DNA from: Eledone cirrhosa
Lineage: Eukaryota
DNA length: 64,000 bases
Direction: 5' to 3'
Assembly (NCBI GenBank): GCA_964016885.1
Contig: OZ024740.1
Coordinates: 212,288,001 to 212,352,000, forward strand
The notes under the pieces were generated by a model that did no database searches, was not told the DNA's origin, and saw only the letters and a list, made by a program, of their open reading frames with translations. Positions 35,363 through 47,024 of the stretch are shown one piece after another (position 1 is the stretch's first letter; each line of letters starts with the position of its first letter). A program made the translations under genes and the position numbers.

Positions 35363-38300
35363 GAATGCTATGGTTGACGGAGGCTCGGCTCTGTAAGGTA
35401 TTGTAAATTTTGACCGCTATAACAATTGTAAATTGTTTAAAACTTTAACCAAATTGTAGACAAAAACACCCTCCTCCTCGTGAGAGGAGTCTTTCTGCCC
35501 GTTATTTGGCCCTTCGGGGTTAAATAATCGCTTATTGGTGTTTTGTGCCCAATATTTATTTTAAACAAAAAACAACATGGCTACGAAAAAGAATTTTCAT
35601 AGGTCACTCCCACTCATTCCATCTTCTTCTTCCTCAATCGTCACTACAGCAGAGAGAAGATTGTCTCTCTCCCTCCTTTCTTTTTCGCAAGCGACGCCAG
35701 AAAAGAAAAATCACGTGCAAAGCGTGCAAGATTTCTCCACGACGACGACAACAACGACGAAAAAGGTGTGCGGGAAATACGAAAACCCATTTCATTCGTC
35801 TGACGTCAGGAATAATAGCAGTAGCAGCCGTAATAACAGCAGCAGCAGCAACAGTGGCAAGGAAAACAACAGTAGCAGCCGCAACAGCATCAGCAGCAGC
35901 ATAAACAACAACAGCATTAGCAGCAACAGCAACAACAACAGCAGCAGCAGCAACAACAACAACCACAGCAACAGCGGCGGCGGCAGTAGTCGTAGTACCT
36001 GCAGCAACAACAAAAGTAACAGCAGCTCTGACGACAACAACAACAACAACAACAGCAGCCAAGAAAAACCAATCTCGTTTGCAGGTATCGCAAAGAACCT
36101 GGAAACCATCCTCATAACAAATGAGGAATTACAGGAAGCGAAGAAGATGGTGACGAAAACCGGACACCGAGCAATCTGCAAGGCAGCCGAAAAATTTTTC
36201 GAAACTCAACAGCACTGTACGGTCACGTACCGTACAGGAAGCACAAAATCCCGTAGGGTTGAAAGAGCCACAGAGGCTCAAATACAAAAAAGCCTTAGGG
36301 TCTGTGTGACAGCGGAAAACGTATATCACCCGAGGCAAGAAATATGCCACCGTAGACGTGATTTTTGCCACACCCCAGGAGGCAAAGGCTCAATCCTTAG
36401 TGATCCTAAGGAGCGAGGAAATGGTGTTGGTGCCCTCCTACTGCAGGTAAAAAATTGTGAGGGTCAAACTGACCCCCCCCCCCCCCCCCCCCTCCCAGGA
36501 TGGCCCCTTCTTGGCTGGCCGCGTCTGTCCTCGTCAGAATCGAGGACAAAACAACTGTACTGCAAGTACAGAAAAAAGTAAGAGAAGATTGGGTCGGCAC
36601 CTCCATTGAGATGTTACTCCAAATCAACAAGGAGTGCATCGAAGCTATCCCGGATGTGATAGACTTCGATAACGGCACTCAACTGCCCATAAGTGTTGAG
36701 GGCAAACGCCAGAAATGCTTTCGCTGTGGATCGAAGACTCAACTCAGGGCCTTCTGCAACGAGAAGACCCTGAGAAAGGAGCAAACCCGCTTCCTTCCGA
36801 AACCGGCTCCACGGCTACCAGCAACAGGACAAGTGGCAACCAGAACGATAGGTCCGTGGCACCCATACCCACGCCACGGAAATCAAGAACAGCAGCAGCA
36901 GTGGAAGTATTAACAACAACAACAGCAATACCAAATGCAGCTGCAACAGAGACTCCACTGCAAACATCACCAACAACAACAAGTGAAAGAGTGGTGCTGG
37001 TACCCCTCCCCGACCTCACAGAATCAGACATGGAGTGTGAGGTGGGAGAGGGATGGCAAAAGGTCGTAAGAAGGCACAAACGCAGAAGCAGCGCATCATC
37101 GCCTTCGAAAAGGGAGGAAAGAAATGAAAAAAGGGTAAAGGCTACTGCAAAGAGACTCACAGCAGCAACACCACCAACACCATCACCACCCACACTAGCA
37201 CCACCATCACCACCGACGACAACCCCACCACCAACAACAACAACACTTTCAACACCACCACCACAAGCACCAACATCGCAAACACAACAAAACGCACACA
37301 CCCAGCAACAACGACAAGAAAATAGCAGAACCACACCCCACCCCCAGAAAAACAAATGCACGGCAATAAATACACACAACAAGAAACTAATGACTTACAT
37401 AATTGAACACACAGACATTTCACAGCACGACTACATAATACCAGCACCAATCAAAACGCCAACTAACATAAGACTGCTAAAAATAACACAGAAACAATAC
37501 ACAAACATTAAAACGAAAAACATTAAAACCATCCTCCTCTACGAAAAGTACGGTAAGTGGTCTTTCCCATCTTTTCCACTCTATTTTAAACATGACCTCA
37601 CTCAGAATAGGCAGCATAAATGCGCGCGGCTTGGGGTCGTCATGGAAGCAGGGTCACCTGCTCAACGACCTCAGGTCACTAAACATAGATGTAGTGGCCA
37701 TCAGCGAGACCAGAATCTCCGAAGCACGGGCCTTCGCACCGATCTTCGGCGGCTACGATGTGTGCGCATCTTCCAGCCGTCCTGGTACGGGGGGGGGGGG
37801 GTTGCTGTGCTTTTTCGGAGAGGTTTGGACCTTGCCATACGGGCCATCTTCCTGGACCCAGAGGGTAAGTTGGTGGTGCTGGACGTGACCAGCGGAGACG
37901 GGCAAGCTTTCAGGCTAGTGGCCGTCTATGCCCCGACAGGAGCAGGGCGGCCTGATTTCTTCCGGCGTCTGGAGACCTTTCTTGGAACGTCCCACTCTTT
38001 AGTGATAGTGGGCGACTGGAACGGGATCTTAGATGCACGCTGGGACTGTGTGGGATTAGCGGATAGGGATGGAGGGTGCAAGAGCCTCACCAACCTGCTC
38101 AGGCGTTTTGAACTGTCTGACAGGTACCGATTGGATTTCCCGAATGTGCCAATGTGGACTTGGACAAATCGCATAGGGTCATCCAGATCATATCTAGATA
38201 GAGTATTTTGTAGGGAAATAGATAGGTCTAGCATAGGCTGTCCACAATTCAAGATAGTCAGCTACACGGACCACAAATTCGTGATCTGTGTGCTTGATTT

Positions 38301-41255
38301 AGATAGGCTTCATAGACGAGGACCCGGCTACTGGAAGCTAAACGCGTCCTTACCAGCGCGCAAGGCCTACAGAGACCGGATTAGCGAACTAGTTAAGCGG
38401 GCGTTGACGGGGCCATCGTCAACAACAAGTGGTGCTTTGCTCTGAAAAGAGCGATTAGAATAGAATCCATTAGGTTTAGTAAGGCTTTAGCAATAGAGAA
38501 AAATAGAGCAGAGGGAGAATTAGTGAGAAAATTAGACGAGGCGCTTAGCAAAGGCATTGCGACCGACGTGCTTGCGGCGAAATTGGCCCTTGACCAATTC
38601 TTCAATGCAAAGCACGAAGGCTGCGTTGTCAGAGCTAGGGTGCGTGATCTCAGACACGAGGGGACGAAAGCCGTTCAATGGGCCCGAGTGGCGGAGGCGC
38701 GTTGTGGCAACAAAGCCACGATCCGGTCTTTGGTGGCACGACGGGCGCATGCTACTCGATCCCGGGCAAATGTGTGAAGCTTTTCAGCGACACTTCGCTC
38801 AGCTGTTCGGGGGAAGCGGTGGGCCGGGTCGAGGATGGACTTTAGTGTCTACCTCGACGGACTGCCGCGGCTCTCGGCCACTGAGGCGGAGTGTTGCGAA
38901 AAGCCGATAACAGCCGCTGAAGTACGGGAGGAAATGACTGGCTGCACAAGTGGTAAATCGCCTGGTTTGGATGGTCTGCCCTATGAACTTTACGTACAGA
39001 TGCCAGACTTGTTCGGGGGCCTCTTGGCGGACGTCTACTGCAACTGGCAACAGAACGGGAGAATTCCCAGCTCTGTGAGCCGAGGATCGGTGGCACTGCT
39101 GAGAAAGGATCCGAACAAGGGGGATAACATAGATAATTTCAGGCCCATTACTCTGCTAAACACAGAGTTCAAGATTTTGGCCAAGGTGCTAGCAAAGAGG
39201 TTGGCGCTTGTCGTTGGTGGTCTGGTGGGAGAGGCGCAGACATGCGCCATTCCCGACAGATCCATCCACGACAACCTCCACCTCATGCGATACATCGTAG
39301 AGAGGGTAGCTAGAGAACCTGGCACGGGTGGGTCCTTGATCATTTTAGATCAGTCGAAAGCTTTCGATAGGGTCGACCATCGTTACCTAGCGGCAGTCCT
39401 GAGGGCGGCTGGCTTTGGGCCCGTCTTCAGAGGCTAGATCGCTGCCATGCACAGCGACATCTGCTCTGTGGTGAGAGTGAACGGTCCCCTTTCGGAACCG
39501 TTCAACATAATGCGCTCAGTCCGCCAAGGATGTCCCCTCTCGTCCCTCTTGTACGTATTGACTCTCGAGCCATTACTGCACAAACTGGAGACGTTGAGGG
39601 GGGTCCCGTGTGAACTAGGATGCGGAAGATCCGTGTCAGCATAAGCGGACGATGTCACCGTAGTGGTATCGAACGCCAAACACATCGAGGCGATCGGCAC
39701 TACACTAAGAGAATACGAAGTGGTGACAGGAGCAATGATCAACCAGGAAAAGTCAGTGAGCCTGCAGCTCGGCACCTGGAGAGGCAGGTCCATGCGGTCC
39801 AACAGCGTCGTCGGACGCTGGACGGACGGACCGGTTAAATTGCTAGGGTTCTGGTTCGGTCCGGACCTCCAGACGGACAAAAACTGGGACGAGGTGACGA
39901 GCAGGGTGGCTTCTCTCACCCAGAAATGGGCGGAGAGGAAGCTATCCCTGAAAGGTCGAGCGGAGGTGGCTAACGCGTACATCGCGTCTGTCATCTGCTA
40001 CCGCCTGACCATCGTACCTTGTCCTAAGCCCCGCCTGTCTGCGCTGGAGCGTTTGTTCTTTCGCTTTTTGTGGAAGGGACGCGCTCCAATGGTCAGGCGG
40101 TCCATCTGCTGTCAACACCCGCTACGTGGATGGCTGGGCATGCTGTGGCTGATGATGCGCAGACACGCGCTCAGGCTACGACATCTCCACCTCTTCCTCG
40201 ACGGTGATCAGGTGTGGTCGCTGTTTGCTAGACACGTATTTCCCCAGCTCGTTTCCTTGACGAAGCTGCAGTCCTGGGTCAAGCGAAGACCGAGAGGGAG
40301 CGCCTGGAGACTGGAATGTCTTCAGGCGCTCACAGCCCTCGACCAATCGGGCAATGTGATCGGTGGAAACTCCACCTCGACGTTCTATAGAGGATTAGTG
40401 GAGGGGAAGAGCGACGACGTACTTGGGGAAACTCTAGGCGTCGACGAAAATCAACGAGCCAATCTCTTCGGAAGAACTTTCGGGCCGGGACCTATGGACA
40501 ACTTCCAGAAATCTCTGGCCTGGCAGTGCTACCGAGGAGCCTTGCCAGTTCGGGATAAACTCTACAGGCATGGAGGTGCCGTCAGTCGGGCATGTCCGAG
40601 ATGCGCGCAGGGCGACGAAACCGTCCTGCACGCACTCGTCCAGTGTCCGAAAATTGCTGACTTGTGGGTTTATGTCGAACACCTGCTGCCACGTGTAGGA
40701 CGGATCCAGCTATCAGCTGAGTCCATCGTGAGGATTGCCCCGCCCTCTTCCTTTAGCCGGGAAGGGCAGGCAGTTTTTATCTGTCTGGTGGCCATGGCGA
40801 AAGAGGTAGTATGGTGGACACGTTTGAAAGGGCTGAAGACGAGCACTCTTCGGTGATGCCCTGATTAACTTTTTCAAATTTCATTTGAAAAGGAAAATCA
40901 GGGTAGAGAGGGAAGTGCTCTCTTCCCAGCATTTTGTTCAAAGATGGGTGAGAGAAGCAAGAATGGCCCGAGTGAATGGGCCTACTCTGAGTACGTATCT
41001 GTAAATTAAAAGTGGAAAACTGGGAGAGGGCACTTGCCTTGGTGGTCAGGGTCACTGTGGCCTTTTACTGGGCTTTCTCCACAAATGTCCCTCCGAAGTC
41101 TCCCCCCTATTGGGGAATTTTTCATTGTTATTTTTTTGTTACATCCTCTGTTTTTGTTTTTTACACGCAGAAATGCCCATTTGTACCGTCCTGTATTGTC
41201 CTGCACTGTCCTTAATGTCTACATTATGTAAACCCTTGTGGTTAATAAAGAAATC
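35363..41255 (+). mobile_element. Apparently full-length Tx1-clade LINE inserted in (ATT)n, inactivated
   Basis: ORF1 from 35577 is S/N-rich with a knuckle CFRCGSKTQLRAFC. ORF2 from 37592 has SINARGL, ISETR, AVYAP, GDWN, SYLDR, TDH, KSPGLDG, DQSKAFDRV, RQGCPLS, *ADD and CPRC...ETVLHALVQC. 3' end AATAAAGAAATC(ATT)n. Confidence 0.9.
37592..41005 (+). pseudogene. Tx1 ORF2 (APE-RT-zinc finger) with frameshifts and nonsense codons
   Basis: Split across ORFs 37592, 36715, 38523, 38835, 39447 and 39663; the YADD tyrosine codon is TAA at 39642-39644. Confidence 0.9.
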
Positions 41256-41277
41256 ATTATTATTATTATTGTTATTA

Positions 41278-43869
41278 CTCCTTGAGTCTCAGTCATTGAT
41301 GTTAGTTAACTGGAAAGTTTGTTGGAATGAATATCAAGCCACTACCTGCAGCCTCAGATATTCAGGACGTATCGGAGGGTTCTTGCTGTTCCCAGCAAGC
41401 ATGCCTTTTGAACCGTTCCAAAAAGCGTGAAGGGGCCGATTTTCTTTAACCATCCCTGGAAACTTTTTGAGATAGTCCCTAGTGCGCCTATGACAATCGG
41501 GATCACTTTGACTTCATGGCAGTTCCAAATCCTTTTTACCTCCCACTTTAAGTCCTGGTATCGGTTAATTTTCTCCCTCTCCTTCTCTTGCACTCTCGTG
41601 TCGAATGGGCAGGCCACATCCACAATCAGGCACGATCTTTTTTCTTTGTCCACAACCACCAGGTCAGGTCTATTGTGTTCCAGTTTCTTGTCCGTCTGTA
41701 TCCTAAAATCCCACAGAACCTTCACCTGATCGTTCTCTATCACCGCCTCTGGCTTATGCTCATACCATTTCTCAGAATGTGGTAAATTTTTACTTTGCAC
41801 AGGTGCCAGTGAATCACCCTGCCCATCACATCATGTCTCCAGCCCTTATAGTGGGTTTGGGCTAGGTGTTTACACTCGGATACAATGTGAGCCACAGTCT
41901 CCTCTCTCTCTCCACAGATCCTGCACAGTGGGCTAGCCTCCTCCTTGTAAATATGGTGTTTCAACCACTTCGTTTTGAGGGCCTGCTCCTGCGCAGCCAT
42001 TAACATTCCTTCTGTAGCCTTTTTAAGGTCTCCTCTTTTCAACCAGTTCCATGTCTGTGGATCTCTAAATTCAGTTTTCTCAAAGAACGTACTATGAAGG
42101 GATTTTTCCTGAAGGCTGCTCTTTCTCCTTGATGTTATTTCCTCCTTGGACATCCCCTGGCCTATTGTCCCCTCCTTCAGTACAGTTCTGAGCATTGGCT
42201 CCTTACTATCAGTCACGTATTTGTGTAGGTTGTTTTTCTCCATCTGAACACAATCCTCTATGCTGATAAGACCTCTTCCACCCTCAGATCTCCTTAAGTA
42301 GAGTCTATCGACATCACTCCTCTTGTGGAACATGTTGTAGATAGTCAATAGCTTCCTAGTCTTCCTATCCATTTCTTTTTGTTCAGCAACATTCCATCTC
42401 AGAATTCCCGCACTGTACCTAATAATAGACACAGCTCGGGAATTTACTGCGCTTATGGCATTTCTGCTGTTCAGATGTGACTTCAATACGCTCCTTACTC
42501 TCCGAATGTATTCAGTTCTTAACAATTCCTTCATTTTTTTGTTCTTTATGCCATCAGCCTCCAGAACGCCCAAATACTTGTATCCTTCCTCAGAGTCAGA
42601 GTCGATTTCCTTTATCATCTCACCTGTTGGTATCTGGATTCCGTTACTTCTGCTCAACCTACCCCTCCTCATCACAATGACTCCACACTTACTAATACCA
42701 AATTGCATACATATATCACTGCTGAAAATACGGACAGCGTCAACAATCACATCCAACTCCTTCTCGCTCTTCCCGAAGAGCTTAAGATCGTCCATGAAGA
42801 GGAGGTGATTGATGGTAAGCCCTCCCTTTCCCAACCTGTATCCTGCTCTCACTTTTCGCAGTACACTGGTCAGGGGCATCAGGGCAAGGACAAACAACAG
42901 AGGGGACAGACTATCTCCCTGGAAGATACCTCTCTTGATCTTCACGCTTCCCAAGGATTCTCCAGTTGATGTCAACTCTGTTTCCCAGGACCTCATACTT
43001 TTGCCCAACAACTGTCTGATGTTATCTGCCACCTTGAAGATCTCCAGGCTTTTGGTGATCCAAGAATGAGGCACCATGTCAAATGCCTTTCTGTAGTCTA
43101 TCCATCCCATGGCAAGATCAGTGTGTCTCCTCTTGCAATTCCCCATTACCATCTTATCAATAAGTAACTGGTCCTTTGTACCACGTGACTTCTTTCGGCA
43201 TCCTTTCTGTTCGTCCGGTAACAAGTTGTTTGTGTGGAGGTGATGGTAGATTTCCTCAGATACAATGCTCGTCAACAGTTTCCACATTACGGACAGACAT
43301 GTGATAGGTCTATAGTTGGTAACATCATTACCCTTGATTCGGTCTTTCATTATCAGAACTGTGGTACCTTTTGTCAACCACTCTGGTACCTCACCTGACA
43401 TCAAGCAGTCATTGAACATGGTTGTCAGTTTCGGGTGGAGGGATGTTATATTTTTAATCCAATACCCCTGCACACCATCTCGGCCTGGTGATTTCCAGTT
43501 GGTTAGTTTTTGGCCTGCCCCTTAAGAGTTTCAACTGTGATACTCAAATCAGTTTGTTGGTGTGCCTGTTCACTAATCTCCTTCTGTACTGTCTCAATCC
43601 ACACTGCCTAGTCATTATGTCTAACATCCTGCTCCCATATTCCTCTCCAGAATGTTTTAGTTTGTTCCGCCTCAGGGATCAAGTCTTTGCCTCTTTCTTT
43701 CCCTTCAAGCTGTCCAAACAGCATCCTCTGGCTGCTGTCGAACATGCGGTTCTGTTTATACTGACTGACTCTGTTCTCGTATCGCCTAATCTTTGCACTC
43801 TTTGCTACAATGCATTGCTTCAGTTCCTCTATGATAATATTTAGCTTTTTCCTCCTAGTTTTGTACTCT
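41278..43869 (-). mobile_element. R4/Dong-clade LINE, 5'-truncated (RT, CCHC, RLE)
   Basis: 577-aa ORF with WIDYRKAFD, GIFQGDSLSP, HLLFMDDLKL and CRICG...HIVSEC; RLE NRPDLVVVD...IVDVACP...EKINRY; (TAA)n at both ends. Confidence 0.92.
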
Positions 43870-43890
43870 ATTATTATTATTATTATTATT

Positions 43891-43993
43891 AGTCTTGCCA
43901 TTGTGCACTTTTACTCGACCTTATTGTAAACCCCCACTGTCCCTGTCTTTGTATTGTCCCCTACATGTCGGCCCTTGTGGCTAATAAATGAAA

Positions 43994-43995
<2 letters not shown>
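43891..43995 (+). mobile_element. Tx1-like 3' end fragment in (ATT)n
   Basis: CCCTTGTGGCTAATAAATGAAATC(ATT)n closely matches the 3' end at 41233-41255. Confidence 0.7.
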
Positions 43996-44028
<33 letters not shown>

Positions 44029-44030
<2 letters not shown>

Positions 44031-45225
44031 AGTTGCATTTATCTTGCTTTATGTTCATACGAGTTATCACCAAGTCACAACCAGTGACCTCAAGAGACAA
44101 CAAGGTCCGCCATGTTCAAGAAAGAACATACATACTCACACATGCATCTTTAGTGTTTAGACTTGTGATGTACTTATATTGACAGAATCTTCCTTAGTAT
44201 ATGGGCAGTTCCCATTAGTACTATCTTTTGTATTTCTCCTATACGCGGGTTTCCTGGGATTTACGATAAGTAATCATTATTATTATTATTGGCAGTATTA
44301 GTAGAGAGTCGGACGCCATGCTTTCCAGCATAGTTACGTCCCTTTACAGTCTGTGTTCAAATCCCGCCGAGGTTAACTTTGCCTTTCATCCTTACGGGGT
44401 CGATAAAATAAAGTACCAGTAATGTACTGGGTAATTGCTGGCCTTGTGCCAAAAGTAGAAACAATTATTATTATTATTATTTGCATTTATCTTGCTTTAT
44501 GTTCATACGAGTTATCACCAAGTCACAACCAGTGACCTCAAGAGACAACAAGGTCCGCCATGTTCAAGAAAGAACATACATACTCACACATGCATCCTTA
44601 GTGTTTAGACTTGTGATGTACTTATATTGACAGGATCTTCCTTAGTATATGGGCAGTTCCCATTAGTACTATCTTTTGTATTTCTCCTATACGCGGGTTT
44701 CCTGGGATTTGCGATAAGTAGTCGTTAGACCCCTTAGGTATCATTCCCAGAGCGCCTACAACCACTGGTATTGTTTTAGTTCTCAATTTCCACATTTTTC
44801 CAATTTCTATCTCCAGGTCCTTATACTTGCTCAATTTTTCAAATGTTTTTAGATACATTCTTGTCTATTGGAACAGACATATCAATTAGCAGGCATACCC
44901 TCCTTTGAAAGTCCTTCAATATTATATCAGGTCTATTTGCATCTATTTTTCGGTCTGTTTGGATGCTAAAGTTGCACAAGATTGAGATGTGATCTTTTTC
45001 AAGTATGGGGGGTGGTTGATGCTCCCACCAATTCTTTTGATGGGGCAGGTCAAAATGCTTACACATTATCCAATGTATGTATTGTGCAGCTCTGTCATGC
45101 CTGTTTAGGTATTCGGTTGGAGCTATAGGACTGCACATTGAAATTATATGGTCAATGGCCTCTGGTTGTTTTTTGCATACACGGCATAATGGGCTGCACC
45201 CATTTTTTATTATGTTGGCTTGGTA

Positions 45226-45228
<3 letters not shown>
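44029..45228 (-). mobile_element. Two 3' fragments of a second Dong family (44029-44275 and 44481-45228), separated by ATT repeats and a SINE
   Basis: RHDRAAQYIHW, ANRPDIILKD...LIDMSVP and EKLSKYKDL; the 3' UTR is duplicated. Confidence 0.85.
44290..44465 (+). mobile_element. Nin/Deu-core SINE within (ATT)n
   Basis: Near copy of 19345-19518. Confidence 0.85.
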
Positions 45229-45269
<41 letters not shown>

Positions 45270-45373
45270 TTTTTCTTTTTCTTTTTCTTCTTCTTCTTCT
45301 TCTTCTTCTTCTTCTTCTTCTTCTTCTTCTTCTTCTTCTTCTTCTTCTTCTTCTTCTTCTTCTTCTTCTTCTT

Positions 45374-45726
45374 GGGCGTTGTGTGCTGAAGACTTGCGTA
45401 GATTAGAAAGAAATGAAGCGTGCATGCTCTGATGGATGTGTAATAGTAATGTGCACGAACAGTGAAGCATAAACGAATTGAGAGAGAGACTAAGCATAAG
45501 AGGTATAGCGTTGGTATGACCATGTGATGCATATGAAGGACGACAGCTGTATAAAAAGGTGCAGGGCAATGAAAATTGATGGAAGCTACGGAGTGGGTAG
45601 ACCAAAAAAAACCTGCCAGAGACACTTCTCATGGTTTTCCAACCACCCCTGCATCAAATGGAACAAAACCGTCTAGCCCATGCTAGAGTGGAAGATGGAC
45701 GTTAAACGATGATGATGATGATGATG
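45374..45726 (+). mobile_element. RTE 3' fragment following (ATT)n/(TTC)n
   Basis: WALCAEDLRRLERNEACML; ends GGACGTTAAAC(GAT)n. Confidence 0.75.
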
Positions 45727-46212
45727 AATTCTAACTTTAACTTGATAAACTCTAAACAAAAATAATATCAAAACAATATATATATCCTTGTGGTGAAGGG
45801 GCGTATATCTGTTTATCTTTATTCACTCCTCCTACCCACTCAAGATTCACACTACATATAACCCAGAAAAACTGGGGACTAATTATAGTCTATTGACACA
45901 TTTCATCAGATTTTGCCACTTTTAAACTTCCCATCACGGGTGTGAATAACTAATAATCGTTTGGTACAGGCGATGATCCGACGGTTGTGGCAGCTTTCCC
46001 GACTGCACACCAGGCGCTCGGGTCGATCAGCCTTCCTAGAGTGCTTGGAAAAATTAAATGTCCCCTTCTTTCGGTAAACGAAAATACTCGGAACGGCTGT
46101 TTCCTCCAGGGACCCTGTCGGACTTGGAATCCGCCGTGCAACCGGTTATTGACCGCCAAACAGTACCTTTAAATTCTAGGCTTAATCATAACTTTTAACT
46201 TTATCATGCCTC

Positions 46213-46930
46213 TATAACGGCGGCGAAGATTCGAAACCGAATCTGAGCTTTCCCGCCTCTGGGACAAGCCGTGGTTACTTGTTTACGCTCAAGAGACTAA
46301 CCCCTTGGGAGAGGCTAAACACAGGTCAGAGGTGTTTACGCCTGACAGAAAATAGGTCAGAGGATATATCCATCTTTCTGACTTGTTTACGGTTGGCAAA
46401 CTAATCCCTTGGGAGACTAACCAAAGTTCAGAGGATATATCTATCCTTCTAACTTCAACTCTTATAAAGACAGGGATTGTTTACGCAAAAAACCCCAGAA
46501 AAACAGTGGATACAGACAAGACGAGTCTCATTTACAGGCTCTCGTCACGAAAACCAGTCTACCACTTATTCTCACCTTCCTGGCTGATCGCTGACTCCTG
46601 CAATACAAATAAGTAAATATACTGATACGCCGCACACACGCAATTCATAGTGAGTCCAACATTTGTACACGCACCATTCATTTCTGTTTACACATATTAT
46701 AATCGTATTCTGTGATATTTGAATTTACGTGACTCGAAGAGCCACCAAATTATTGTATGAATATTTTGTGTCAATTATTTTGTCATTCAATATTCAAATT
46801 GAATATTGTTGTAATAAAATAAACTTTGTAACAACACTCCTGGTATTTTTATTTACACCGAAACCACCATACCAACAGTTACATCCATCCATCCACTTGT
46901 CGTTACAACCACACATAATATTCCGTTACA
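46213..46930 (+). mobile_element. Solo Gypsy LTR
   Basis: TATAACGG...CCGTTACA; homologous to 17468-18213; no TSD evident. Confidence 0.9.
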
Positions 46931-47024
46931 CATATCTAGACACTCTTAGTCTGACAAATACGTTGTATACATATACATGCGCATATGTACTGGCATATAT
47001 ACATACACACTTATATACACACAC

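Noticed and set aside
35634-37450. Antisense hydrophobic poly-L/V/A ORFs
   Set aside because: Shadows of the Tx1 ORF1 trinucleotide tracts.
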